Of a stretch of DNA of 64,000 bases, positions 53,658 through 64,000 are shown piece after piece (position 1 is the first letter of the stretch; each line of letters starts with the position of its first letter). Source of the DNA: Verrucomicrobiota bacterium (GTDB taxonomy: Bacteria; Verrucomicrobiota; Verrucomicrobiia; Chthoniobacterales; Chthoniobacteraceae); NCBI GenBank assembly GCA_037975615.1, contig JBANGE010000148.1, positions 20,483 through 84,482 on the forward strand. Reading direction: 5' to 3'. The position numbers and the translations under genes were made by a program. The notes under the pieces are model-generated. The model made no database searches. It was given only the letters and a program-made list of their open reading frames with translations, and had not been told where the DNA came from.

Positions 53658-55031
53658 CTACTTGGCTGCCTTCGAGGCCTTCACTTCCAGCTTTCGGTAG
53701 AGCGTGGCCATGCTGATGCCCAGCATCTTCGCCGCCTTCTCGCGATTACCGTTATTAAACTTAATCGTCTCTTCGATGAATCGCTTCTCGGTATCGTGAA
53801 CGAATTCATCGAGCTTCTTTCCGACAGGAAGCGGCCCACCGGACGGCTCAACAGGACCGCCGACCTGCTGGACGACATGCGGCGGCAAATCCGAGACGCG
53901 GATCGTGTTGTCGTCGCACAGCGCACACGCGCGCTCGATAGCATTTTCGAGTTCGCGCACGTTGCCCGGCCAGCGATAGCCCTGCAGGACCTCCAGAGCC
54001 TTGGGCTCGATCTTCTTCGCATCCGTCCCATTCCGACCGGTCTTCTTGAGGAAATGCTGCACGAGCAGCGGGATGTCCTCAGTGCGCTCCCGCAAAGGCG
54101 GAAGCTCGATCGGGATGACCGCAAGGCGGTAATACAAATCCTCGCGGAATTTTCCGTCCTTCACTTTATCGAGAAGCGTTTCGTTCGTCGCACCAAGCAC
54201 GCGGACGTTGATCGGAATGGTCTTCGTATCACCCACGCGCCGGAGTTGGCGTTCCTGCAAAACGCGGAGAAGTTTGGTCTGAAGCGGGAGCGCCATCGAG
54301 TTCACCTCATCGAGGAAAATCGTTCCCTTCTCCGCCTCTTCGAAAAGTCCGGATTTGTCCGCCACCGCTCCGGTGAATGCGCCTTTCTTGTGACCAAACA
54401 GCTCCGATTCCAGAAGATTCTCCGGCAGCGCGGAACAGTTGATCGCGACAAACGGATGATGCTGCCGCGAGCTGTTATAGTGCAGCGCGCGGGCCACGAG
54501 TTCCTTGCCGGTGCCACTCTCACCGACGATCAGGATGGTCGAATCGGTATCGGCAACTTTGCGCAGCAAATGATACACCTCGTCCATCTTCGCGGACGTG
54601 CCGATGATGTTCTCGGGGTTCGAAGAACGCTTCACGACCTTCTTCAGAGTGTCGCGCTCCTTCGCCGTGTCCGAGAATTCCACCGTGTGTTTCACACGGG
54701 CCTGCATCTCTGAAATTTTGAACGGCTTGCGAATGTAGTAGCGTGCGCCTTCTCCGATCGCCTTTTCCGCGATCTCTTCATTTCCGTAACCCGTCATCAA
54801 AATGACCTCGCAGCTTCCGAGGACATTTCTCGCCTGTCGCAGCACCTCAAAGCCATCAGCCTTCTCCATCTTGATATCCGAAATGATGAGTTGAGGCGAA
54901 ATGGTTTCGAGCTGCTCGATTGCTTTCTGGGAGTTCACGAAAGGAAATGTCTCGTGACCGAGCTCCTTACACGCGGTGACTACCAGTTCGACGATATTCG
55001 GTTCGTCATCAATGATTACGATCTTGGCCAT
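53658..55031 (-). CDS. Sigma-54-dependent response regulator (NtrC family: REC + AAA+ + Fis-type HTH)
   Basis: MAKIVIIDDEP...DIKM (REC domain), GESGTGKE (Walker A), GAFTGA (sigma-54 contact loop), and C-terminal AAKMLGISMATLYRKL. Confidence 0.92.
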   Translation of the reverse strand: MAKIVIIDDEPNIVELVVTACKELGHETFPFVNSQKAIEQLETISPQLIISDIKMEKADGFEVLRQARNVLGSCEVILMTGYGNEEIAEKAIGEGARYYIRKPFKISEMQARVKHTVEFSDTAKERDTLKKVVKRSSNPENIIGTSAKMDEVYHLLRKVADTDSTILIVGESGTGKELVARALHYNSSRQHHPFVAINCSALPENLLESELFGHKKGAFTGAVADKSGLFEEAEKGTIFLDEVNSMALPLQTKLLRVLQERQLRRVGDTKTIPINVRVLGATNETLLDKVKDGKFREDLYYRLAVIPIELPPLRERTEDIPLLVQHFLKKTGRNGTDAKKIEPKALEVLQGYRWPGNVRELENAIERACALCDDNTIRVSDLPPHVVQQVGGPVEPSGGPLPVGKKLDEFVHDTEKRFIEETIKFNNGNREKAAKMLGISMATLYRKLEVKASKAAK

Positions 55032-55049
55032 AGGTTGGGCTGGGCTTTG

Positions 55050-55061
55050 CTTTCGCGAAAT
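55050..55061. promoter_or_regulatory. 12-nt motif CTTTCGCGAAAT (10-bp perfect palindrome TTTCGCGAAA) 19-30 nt upstream of the NtrC-type regulator start
   Basis: An exact copy recurs at 62219-62230 upstream of the hybrid histidine kinase. A half-site tattttcgcgagg lies at ~55096-55108. Confidence 0.3.
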
Positions 55062-55214
55062 TGAGCTAGTTTCATGAATGAGAAAAAGCGAGTCTTATTT
55101 TCGCGAGGACGTGCACCTGTCTTTGCCGAATCAGGAATCGGCTGCTCGCGCACCAGAGCATCAAGCGCGACGCTAGCGCATTCGCCTGAAGGCTGATAAC
55201 TGTCGCGTTCAACG

Positions 55215-56666
55215 ATGAACGACGACCACAGGAACGCCATGCACTCCCCGCTCGACCCCGACGACTGGGAGCAATTCCGCACCAATGCGCACAACCTTCT
55301 CGATTCGTGCATCGAGCAACTCCGCACTGCTCGCGAGCGTCCATGGAAACCGCTCGGCGATTCGGCGAAAACCGCTTTGCGGCTTGGAGACGCGGCCGAC
55401 GGAATTGGCCTGAAGCACCTCACCGACGACCTCATCGAAAATGTTTTGCCGTTCGGGACAGGCAATACTCATCCGAGGTTCTTCGGCTGGGTGCACGGCA
55501 CCGGCCTCGCTGCGGGACTGCTTGCGGAAATGGTCGCCGCCACGATGAACAGCAACTGCGGCGGGCGGGATCACGGAGCGGTTTACGTCGAGCGCGAAGT
55601 CATCCGCTGGAGTGCCAAAGTATTCGGTCTTCCGGAAACCGCCAGTGGCGTCCTCGTCGCCGGCACTTCGCAGGCCACCGTCATCGCTCTAGCTGTCGCA
55701 CGACACAAGGCACTCGGGATTGATAGTCGGCGAAAGGGAATTCCTGAGGGCGCCCGGCTGGTCGCATACGCCGCAGAAGGAGCGCACCATGCGATCGTGA
55801 AAGCCATGGAACTGCTCGGGCTCGGCTCCGACGCATTGAGGCTCATCCCCTCGCGGTCACTGAACGGCGGCATGGACGTCACGACCCTTGCACAGCGAAT
55901 CGAAACCGATCGCGCGGCCGGCCTCACTCCATTTTGTGTGATCGGCACCGCCGGCTCGGTGAATTGCGGCGCATTTGATCCGCTGGATGAACTCGCAGAC
56001 TTCTGCGCCCGCGAATCCCTGTGGCTTCACATCGACGGAGCCTTCGGCGCATGGACGCGAATCGCCGGCCCGCCGTGGAACAAACTTGTCCGCGGCATCG
56101 AGCGCGCAGACTCCATCGCGACGGATTTCCACAAATGGATGTTTGTGCAGTACGACTGCGGCATGGTGCTCGTCCGCAACGAAGCGGACCATCGCGCGGC
56201 ATTCGCCGAAAGACCCTCCTACCTCGAAGCGCAGCACAGCGGCCTCGGCGGCGGCGAACCATGGTTTTGCGACTACGGGACGGATCTTTCCCGCGGGTTT
56301 CGCGCTCTCAAAGTGTGGTCGGCATTGCGATGCCATGGTTCACGCGCGCTCGGCGCAGCCATCGCGGAAAACTGCCGCCTTGCCACAATGATGGGACGGC
56401 TTGTTCAGGAATCCCCCGAACTGAAACTCGCCGCTCCGGTGACCGCGAATATCTGCTGCTTCAGCGTGGCGGATTCGCCCGATCCCGGCACGCTCAACAC
56501 CGACGTGACGAGAAGGCTCCAACTCAGTGGCGATGTCGTCTTCTCCACGACAAAGATTGGCGGCATGACTGTCATCCGCGCCGCGATTACAAATCACCGC
56601 ACACGCGAAACGGATATCGAGTTCGCCATCCGTCGCGTGCGCGAAGTCGCGGCCGCAGCACGCTAA
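55215..56666 (+). CDS. Pyridoxal-dependent (group II) amino-acid decarboxylase
   Basis: PLP-lysine motif DFHKWMFVQYDCG, PRFFGWV, and overall group II decarboxylase layout. 483 aa. Confidence 0.85.
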   Translation: MNDDHRNAMHSPLDPDDWEQFRTNAHNLLDSCIEQLRTARERPWKPLGDSAKTALRLGDAADGIGLKHLTDDLIENVLPFGTGNTHPRFFGWVHGTGLAAGLLAEMVAATMNSNCGGRDHGAVYVEREVIRWSAKVFGLPETASGVLVAGTSQATVIALAVARHKALGIDSRRKGIPEGARLVAYAAEGAHHAIVKAMELLGLGSDALRLIPSRSLNGGMDVTTLAQRIETDRAAGLTPFCVIGTAGSVNCGAFDPLDELADFCARESLWLHIDGAFGAWTRIAGPPWNKLVRGIERADSIATDFHKWMFVQYDCGMVLVRNEADHRAAFAERPSYLEAQHSGLGGGEPWFCDYGTDLSRGFRALKVWSALRCHGSRALGAAIAENCRLATMMGRLVQESPELKLAAPVTANICCFSVADSPDPGTLNTDVTRRLQLSGDVVFSTTKIGGMTVIRAAITNHRTRETDIEFAIRRVREVAAAAR

Positions 56667-59482
56667 TCGTCGTCGTCCTCCGCGAGATGGACTGCCCAGG
56701 CTGGGTATGGTTCTTCCGTCCCGCGCATTGCCCGCCACAGAATGCGGTTCAGCAAATCCTCGGGCGCCTTGTCCGGCTCGTCGAGATTGAGCGACGTACT
56801 CTTGCTTTCGTCGTCCTTCAAAACAGGATCCTTGATGGTCTTCGGATCGGGGTTCGTATTGTCGATCGGATAAGTATTCGCGACGGCCGTGAATGGCGTG
56901 AAATCCGGCTTATCCGTGAAAACATCGAACATCGGAGTCGCTGTTGCATCGAGGATATTCATCGGCGGCAGGCCGAGGATGAGTTCGATGGTCCGCATCA
57001 CGCTTGTTTGATTATACTGCGTGCTCACCGTCGTCTTGCGTTTCGTGTAAGGCGACACGACGTAGCAGGTCGTCCGGTAACCGCTGATGTGATCGAATCC
57101 ATTCTGCGGATCATCCTCGATTGCGATGACGCACGTCTCAGCCCAGAACCGGCTCTTGCTGAGCGCTTCGACGATCATCCCCATTGCAAGGTCGTTGTCG
57201 GCGACCTGCGCACCGGGGCTTGGAGCCTTTCCACGAGTGCCGCCAGTGTGGTCGTTCGGCAGGGCCATCATCATCAACTGTGGAAGCTTGCCGATTGACT
57301 CCCATTGCCGAAGGTCGTCGATGAATGCTTGCGCCCTTACGACATCGGGGACGTTGAGATCCCACCCGACCGTATCGAGATGGGAAATCTTCCGAAGACT
57401 TTCCACACCGGGCTTGCACCCGATTTTCGTTTTTCCGGTCTTGTTTTTCCAATCATCGTAAAAGTCGCGCCAGGTCGGCTTGTCCTTTTTCGTCGGGTCG
57501 GTCCACTTGCAGTCGGATATGCATGCCTCACCGTAATTGCGGAAGCTGACTCCGTGCTTCACCGCGTTGTCCCAAATAAAACCGGCGGGCGAATAGGCCA
57601 GCGCGTCGAAGCTGTCCTCGGTTTTCATATTCATGTAGCTCCGCGGCCAATTCGCGTGGCTGCGCTCGACGTAGTCCGTGGCGAAGGATGAGTTCGTCCA
57701 CTGATGCCCGTCGGCGCTCTGAATGCCCGAGCAATACGTATTGTCGAGCAGGGCAAACTCGCGGGCCATCTTATGGAGATTCGGCGTGTACTTTTCGCCG
57801 AAGATGCAAAGTGCGGGATCGCCCTTGCCTTCCTTCATATCGCCCAGCACCTGATCGTAGGTGCGGTTCTCCTTGATGATGTAAAGGACGTGCTTGAACA
57901 CGCTCGGCTCGCCGACCCGCTCCGGCACGGGCCTCGGCGCAACTCCCGCACGCGCGGGCAGCGCAGCGTCCTTCATGATTCCGTAGCGCATGTTCACCTC
58001 GGCCACGACCGTGTGCTTTGCGAGTTCGTCCTTCTTCGGAACGGGGATCAGCGAAAGAGTGCCGAAGTAATCCTTGGAGTTCTGCTTCAGCGGCTCGCCG
58101 GGCTTGTCGGTGGGTTTCGGGACACGATTCGACCCGGTGCCCTTGATGTTTGCGACGGCGAGTTGCTTCCGCGCAGCATCGTAAACGACCGCGCCCGGAA
58201 ACCACCCGGCAGGAATCATCCCTTCGAATTTCGACGCACCCGGCTCGAACTCGATTACCGCAATCGCGTTGTGGGTTCCGTTCGCCACAAAAAGCCAGTC
58301 TCCGTTCTTCTCAAATGCGAGCGCGCTGGGCTGCGCCCCGAAAAGCTCCGCGGGCGTGCGGCGAGCCCATATCTTCTCGATGATCTGCCCGGTCGGGGTA
58401 TCGATCACGCTCAGTGTGTCGTCACCGGCATTGCACACGACCACGTGCTTTCCGTCGGGCGAAAGTGCCATCGCACTCGCGTGCTTCCCGGTGAGAATCT
58501 CCGACGTCACCTTCCCCGTCGCGAGATCAATAATCGAAACGCTTCCCTCGCTCGCAATATGGCGCTCGGAGTCCACACGCACAAACGTTCCCCGACCAGC
58601 GGGCCCTACAACGTCCTTCGCCCCGGGCCGACGCCCACCCCAGTTTGAAACATAGGCTTTACCGTTGTGGAGAACCACATCATATGGCGCGACCCCCACG
58701 TCAATGGTGCGAAGCGCCTTGTCAGTGGAAAGATCGATCTCGGTGAGTTTGTTGCCGAGATTCAGGCAAACATAGAGCAGCTTTCCATCCGCGGATATCG
58801 CCATGCCCGCGGGGATATCGTTCTTCCGCTTCGGCGTGCGAGCCTCGGGCAGCGAGATGCTCCGAAGCGGCTTCACGACTCCATTCGCGACATCGAACAC
58901 CTTCACCGTGCCGTTTACGTTGCTGAGAAAAATCCGCGTACCATCCGGCGAGAATAAAAGTCCGGTGAAGCTGAGCTGACCCGACTTGTCGCTCAGGTCG
59001 GCGGGCTTCGGCGGCACCGGCGGGACGGTCTTTTTTACATCACCCGCGACGCCGCTCTGCTGCGTTCCGCTCGCAGCACCGATGCCTTTCAAATCGGCGG
59101 GCTTGTCCGGCGGCAGCGAAACCTTTTGGAGAATTTTTCCGGTCGCAGGGTCGATAATTACGAGTTCAGCGGTCTTGCCGGCAGTGGCCAGCAGTTTCCC
59201 GTCGGGTGACAAAGCCAGCGCCTGGGGACGCATACCGGGAAGGTCGATTTGCCTGCCCGCAGGAGTCAGAATTTGATTCGTCGGGGTCATCCACCGACCC
59301 TCGGCAACTTTCCCGACTTTCTCGCCAGTGCCCACGGCGCCGGACGCCACTTGAGAAGCTACCGCCGCGGGTTTTGTTGGAGGCTGCGGACGCAGCGGGA
59401 GCGGGGATTTCTTTTGAGCAAGCGCTACGACGGGCAGAGCGACGACGATACTGAGAGTGAGAATTCTGGTGAAATGTTGCAC
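56663..59482 (-). CDS. Secreted YncE-like beta-propeller fused to phosphoesterase (phospholipase C/AcpA) family domain
   Basis: Signal peptide. YVTN-type repeats (LSPDGKLLATAG, ISADGKLLYVCLN, LSPDGKHVVVCNAG). Phosphoesterase signature HVLYIIKENRTYDQVLGD, and later LPNDHTGG. Confidence 0.85.
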   Translation of the reverse strand: MQHFTRILTLSIVVALPVVALAQKKSPLPLRPQPPTKPAAVASQVASGAVGTGEKVGKVAEGRWMTPTNQILTPAGRQIDLPGMRPQALALSPDGKLLATAGKTAELVIIDPATGKILQKVSLPPDKPADLKGIGAASGTQQSGVAGDVKKTVPPVPPKPADLSDKSGQLSFTGLLFSPDGTRIFLSNVNGTVKVFDVANGVVKPLRSISLPEARTPKRKNDIPAGMAISADGKLLYVCLNLGNKLTEIDLSTDKALRTIDVGVAPYDVVLHNGKAYVSNWGGRRPGAKDVVGPAGRGTFVRVDSERHIASEGSVSIIDLATGKVTSEILTGKHASAMALSPDGKHVVVCNAGDDTLSVIDTPTGQIIEKIWARRTPAELFGAQPSALAFEKNGDWLFVANGTHNAIAVIEFEPGASKFEGMIPAGWFPGAVVYDAARKQLAVANIKGTGSNRVPKPTDKPGEPLKQNSKDYFGTLSLIPVPKKDELAKHTVVAEVNMRYGIMKDAALPARAGVAPRPVPERVGEPSVFKHVLYIIKENRTYDQVLGDMKEGKGDPALCIFGEKYTPNLHKMAREFALLDNTYCSGIQSADGHQWTNSSFATDYVERSHANWPRSYMNMKTEDSFDALAYSPAGFIWDNAVKHGVSFRNYGEACISDCKWTDPTKKDKPTWRDFYDDWKNKTGKTKIGCKPGVESLRKISHLDTVGWDLNVPDVVRAQAFIDDLRQWESIGKLPQLMMMALPNDHTGGTRGKAPSPGAQVADNDLAMGMIVEALSKSRFWAETCVIAIEDDPQNGFDHISGYRTTCYVVSPYTKRKTTVSTQYNQTSVMRTIELILGLPPMNILDATATPMFDVFTDKPDFTPFTAVANTYPIDNTNPDPKTIKDPVLKDDESKSTSLNLDEPDKAPEDLLNRILWRAMRGTEEPYPAWAVHLAEDDDD

Positions 59483-59534
59483 ACGCGAACAGTGGCGAAC
59501 GCGCGATGCCTGTCAATCCCGCTGCATGCCGTCG

Positions 59535-62093
59535 CTACCAGACCACTTCTTCGTGGCCGAGCCCTGCGAACTTCTCGAGTTCACCAAGGAGCGCGCGGAG
59601 CGACGCAACGAGTTCATCCGCTTCGGCCTGAAGCACCTCGATTTTTCCAGTGGCTCCACTGCTCTCCAATCGCTTCGCCTTGGCCCAGGCCTCCGTCGCA
59701 TTGAATGCGCCCACCATGCCTTTCACACCATGCGCCGTCCGCCCCACCTGCGCGGCATCTCCGTTGTCGAGCGCCGTACGAAGTTCCTTCAGGAGCCTCG
59801 GAACATCGCCCTCACGGCACAGCTTTATAACCTCGGCAAGCATCCCGAGATCGCCACCAAGGTTCGCCATCAGCACCTCTGCGTCAAACAGCGGCTTCGT
59901 CTCCGCAGGCGGCGGTGAAGCAATGATGTTCCCAGCATCTCCCGCCCCAGGGACCGCGGCGGGAAGAATCAACGGTTCGACAGAAACAACTGTGGCGCCC
60001 GATGCTGGCCCCGGAATATGGGGTGCCGAAGCGAGCTTAATCACACGACTGATCGGAGTTTCCGCCAGCCCGTCAGTGCACGGTTCTTTGTGCGCTTTTT
60101 TCGCGTCCGCATTAAACAAATCCGGTATGACCGCTGACATCGCACTCATTAGCTCCTGCTGCCGGACTGGTTTCGAGACGTAGCCGTCCATCCCCGCATT
60201 CGTGCACTCGTCGCGAACACCCTTCAGCACGTTCGCACTGAGGGCCAGAATCGGGGTGCGTGACCGCCCCTCCATCTTTTCGAATTTCCTCAACTCCATC
60301 GCAGCCTCAAACCCGCTGAGATTCGGCATTTGCAAGTCCGTCAGGACAAGATCGAACGTCCCCGCCTTGAATTTGTTTACAGCGATCACCCCGTCCTCGG
60401 CGGTTGTAATTCGGTGCCCCCATCCTTCGAGATTCAATTTCACAAGCCGTAGGTTCACAGCGTTGTCCTCTGCGACCAGAATGGAAAGGGAACGCATCGC
60501 GGCCTGGCTTCCATTCCTCGGCACTGTCATCCCGGCATCCTTCTTTCCATCCTCCATCGCTTTGCACACCGCGACACGCAGGGAGCGGGAAGTGACCGGC
60601 TTGATCAGAGTCGCCTTGATCGCCGCATGACCGTAGCGATCAATCTCCCCGCGACGCGGCGTTGACACCAGCAAAACCACACGGGTTGAGGCGAGTTCGG
60701 GATAGCTTTCGATGGCCGACGCAAGTTTGACACCGGGGCTCTCCGGTCGCACGGCATCCGCAATAAAGAGATCGTAAGGCGCACCGTTCTCGACGGCGCG
60801 GCGCATCTGGCCGAGCGCACTCGTGACATCACGAACGGCGTCCGCCCTGATCGACCAGCCCTCAAGGAGTTCGGTTGTGATCCGCAGGCTGTTCGGATGC
60901 GCATCAAGCACCAAGGCGCGCAGGCTCCCGAATGTCTCCATGCTCTCAGGCACCTTCTCCTCCTTGCGATACTGGAACCGCGCCGTGAAGCGAAACACCG
61001 TGCCGCGCCCGACTTCGCTTTCCACCGTGATATCGCCGTCCATCATCGAGGCCAGTTGCCGAGTGATTGCGAGTCCCAGCCCGGTTCCGCCAAACCGCCG
61101 CGTCGTGGAATAGTCGGCCTGGCTGAACGCGTGGAAAACCGAGTCCTTCCGGTCCGCCGGAATTCCGATGCCCGTATCCGCAATCGAGAAAACCAGTTCC
61201 GCATCACCATCGATCCATCGCGAGTTCTCCACGCGTACCATCACGTCACCATGCTCGGTGAACTTTAGCGCATTGCCGACGAGATTGACGACGATCTGCC
61301 GCAACCGATGCGGATCGCCCACAATGACATCCGGCACCTCGGAACGAATATGCAACAGCAGTTCCAATCCCTTGTTATGCGCCCGCGGCGCGAGCGTGGT
61401 AAGCGTCTCTCCCAGCAGTTCCCGCAGGCTGAATTCCGTCCGCTCAATCTCCAGCTTACCCGCTTCAATCTTCGAGAAGTCCAGGATGTTGTTCAGCAGC
61501 GACAGCAGCGAGTCCGCACACGAATTGATCGTCTCTAGATAGTCCCGCTGTCCCGCCGTTAGTTCCGTCGCCATCGCAAGTTCCGTCATTCCGATGATCC
61601 CGTTCACCGGTGTGCGAATTTCGTGACTCATCACCGCCAGAAACTCGCGCTTGGCCGCATTCGCCTCACCGGCGCGCAGCGCATAGCTCTCGACCTCCTT
61701 CTTCGCCGCGAGCACCTTCGCGTTCGCCTCCTGCATTTCACGATTACTCTTCAGCAAGCGCTGTCGGTCACGCCGGCTGATCTCCACCACCCTGCGGAAT
61801 GCATCTGCAACTTCGCCAAGCCCGTCATCGCGCTGCGGAAGATCGAACGGCTGGCCGGGGTCCATTTCATATATCCGCGTCTTTTCGACCAACTCCGCGA
61901 GCAGCCTTTCCGTGGACTCAGCAGTCTTTCGGGCACGGACAAAAGCCCGGAATGCCAGATACAGACCCGCTGCAACCACGAGCCATCGCATCCACGAACG
62001 CCCGCCTTCCAAGTCTGGAATAAATGCAGCCACTGTCAGCACCGCCGCCGTAAGGGCGATTCCACCGGCACCGGAGGACGGGACAGACAGCAT
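59535..62093 (-). CDS. Hybrid sensor histidine kinase/response regulator with C-terminal HPt domain
   Basis: HisKA FLAVMSHEIRTPVNGIIGM. HATPase GGTGLGLAITRQL. Two receiver-like domains (the second has ILVAEDNAVN...DLVLTDLQMP). HPt TAHGVKGMVGAF. The ORF track starts at a GTG at 62219. I prefer ATG 62093 (MLSVPSS..., just before the two TM segments) because the upstream 42 codons are P/G/R-rich and overlap the palindrome motif. Confidence 0.88.
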   Translation of the reverse strand: MLSVPSSGAGGIALTAAVLTVAAFIPDLEGGRSWMRWLVVAAGLYLAFRAFVRARKTAESTERLLAELVEKTRIYEMDPGQPFDLPQRDDGLGEVADAFRRVVEISRRDRQRLLKSNREMQEANAKVLAAKKEVESYALRAGEANAAKREFLAVMSHEIRTPVNGIIGMTELAMATELTAGQRDYLETINSCADSLLSLLNNILDFSKIEAGKLEIERTEFSLRELLGETLTTLAPRAHNKGLELLLHIRSEVPDVIVGDPHRLRQIVVNLVGNALKFTEHGDVMVRVENSRWIDGDAELVFSIADTGIGIPADRKDSVFHAFSQADYSTTRRFGGTGLGLAITRQLASMMDGDITVESEVGRGTVFRFTARFQYRKEEKVPESMETFGSLRALVLDAHPNSLRITTELLEGWSIRADAVRDVTSALGQMRRAVENGAPYDLFIADAVRPESPGVKLASAIESYPELASTRVVLLVSTPRRGEIDRYGHAAIKATLIKPVTSRSLRVAVCKAMEDGKKDAGMTVPRNGSQAAMRSLSILVAEDNAVNLRLVKLNLEGWGHRITTAEDGVIAVNKFKAGTFDLVLTDLQMPNLSGFEAAMELRKFEKMEGRSRTPILALSANVLKGVRDECTNAGMDGYVSKPVRQQELMSAMSAVIPDLFNADAKKAHKEPCTDGLAETPISRVIKLASAPHIPGPASGATVVSVEPLILPAAVPGAGDAGNIIASPPPAETKPLFDAEVLMANLGGDLGMLAEVIKLCREGDVPRLLKELRTALDNGDAAQVGRTAHGVKGMVGAFNATEAWAKAKRLESSGATGKIEVLQAEADELVASLRALLGELEKFAGLGHEEVVW

Positions 62094-62218
62094 CCTGATT
62101 CTCGGCCTCCTCCCGGAATTCAGGTTTGACGCCCCCTTCCCGCCGTCCGGGTGCGCGCAGTCATCAGGCGTCGAAACGCTTCTTGCGGGGCCAGGGATGG
62201 GCAGTAATAACTTGGGCA

Positions 62219-62230
62219 CTTTCGCGAAAT
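62219..62230. promoter_or_regulatory. Second exact copy of CTTTCGCGAAAT upstream of the hybrid histidine kinase
   Basis: Identical 12-mer to 55050-55061. Both copies lie in the 5' region of minus-strand two-component genes. Confidence 0.3.
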
Positions 62231-62328
62231 AAGAGCAACCGCAATGCCAGCCCTCCTCTCGTCGCCGGTAGCCACAGGAGGTTTAAAACTGGACAAATTT
62301 CCCGTTTACCGGATAATCCTCCGACATC

Positions 62329-63354
<1,026 letters not shown>

Positions 63355-63443
63355 TTAGTTCGGCGCAATCCCTCGGGGAGTGCTTTCGTGATTTACGCGA
63401 AGCGTGCAACCGTGCCTTGATCGGCATCGTTCACTTTTCATTC

Positions 63444-64000
63444 ATGAGACGCTTTCTCTCCACATCCATCGCCGTTGCAACGCTCCTGCCCGCCGCTTTT
63501 GCGCAGGACAAAAAGGAGGCAGCTGCCACAGGTGCGCTTGTCTTCCAAAAATGGTCGGGCGCGATCAATGTTCCGGACCCGGTGGCCTGCACCGTGGATC
63601 CGAAAGGTCGCGTCTATGTGAGCGCGACGACGCGGCGCAAAGTGGGTGACCTCGACATTCGCGAGCACACGATGTGGGTGCCGGACGACGTCTCATTCAC
63701 GAGCGTGGAGGAGAAGAAGGCGTTCTACCACACCGAGCTCGCGCCCGGAAAAATGCGCGCGCCCCGCGGCGGAATCACGGACAGAAATCGCGACGGCTCG
63801 ATCGACTGGAAAGATCTCACCGACACCACCGAGCGCATCTACCAATTGCGCGACACAGACGGAGACGGCACGGCAGATAAAATGACCGTGTTCGCCGAGG
63901 GTTTTAATACGGAGGTTACCGGCATCGCCGCGGGCGTACTGTACCACGACGGCTGGGTTTACGCGACGATTGCACCGGATTTGTGGAGACTCAAAGACAC
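63444..64000 (+). CDS. PVC-type heme-binding/membrane-bound dehydrogenase-like protein, N-terminal part (continues beyond the window)
   Basis: Hand translation from atg 63444 gives MRRFLSTSIAVATLLPAAFAQDKK...DPKGRVYVSATTRRK...DRNRDGSIDWKDL...LRDTDGDGTADKMTVFAEGF. Signal peptide plus the same domain type as the N-terminus of 12479..15031. Open-ended, so not in the ORF track. Confidence 0.7.
   Translation, partial: MRRFLSTSIAVATLLPAAFAQDKKEAAATGALVFQKWSGAINVPDPVACTVDPKGRVYVSATTRRKVGDLDIREHTMWVPDDVSFTSVEEKKAFYHTELAPGKMRAPRGGITDRNRDGSIDWKDLTDTTERIYQLRDTDGDGTADKMTVFAEGFNTEVTGIAAGVLYHDGWVYATIAPDLWRLKD

Overview
High-GC (~60%+) bacterial chromosomal segment. The gene content suggests Verrucomicrobiota (Opitutae-like), inferred from PATR 'autotransporter-associated beta-strand' repeats, a PEP-CTERM tail, PVC-type CxxCH heme-binding dehydrogenase-like proteins and ECF sigma/Ser-Thr kinase pairs. 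About 40 protein genes are supportable. Housekeeping genes (metG, ilvD, hemC, rpoN, coaX, tdh, add) are interleaved with very large secreted mosaic proteins: a 1.8k-aa YHYH/Ig/FN3/multicopper-oxidase fusion, a 1.57k-aa PATR adhesin-like protein, a 1.76k-aa 5'-nucleotidase/Calx-beta/choice-of-anchor-I/HYR fusion and a 14-blade Kelch protein. Signalling genes include two Zn-ribbon Ser/Thr kinases, an ECF sigma factor, an NtrC-type regulator and a hybrid histidine kinase. Two open-ended CDS absent from the ORF track sit at the window edges: a sulfatase at 1..882 (-) and a second PVC heme-binding paralog at 63444..64000 (+). I found no rRNA, tRNA, CRISPR array, transposase, integrase or reverse transcriptase. 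Several signals are not explained by ordinary annotation. (1) A non-coding 42-bp tandem array with decayed relics lies upstream of an ArsR-like regulator and the giant adhesin. (2) A ~61-nt element occurs on both sides of the giant nucleotidase gene. (3) An identical 12-nt palindromic motif precedes both the NtrC-type regulator and the hybrid kinase. (4) A visibly lower-GC two-gene islet follows the ECF/kinase pair. (5) Three secreted proteins share a recurrent C-terminal 'Ca-loop ... FYRV' module. I cannot name a recognisable defence or mobile system; all functional proposals below are hypotheses.
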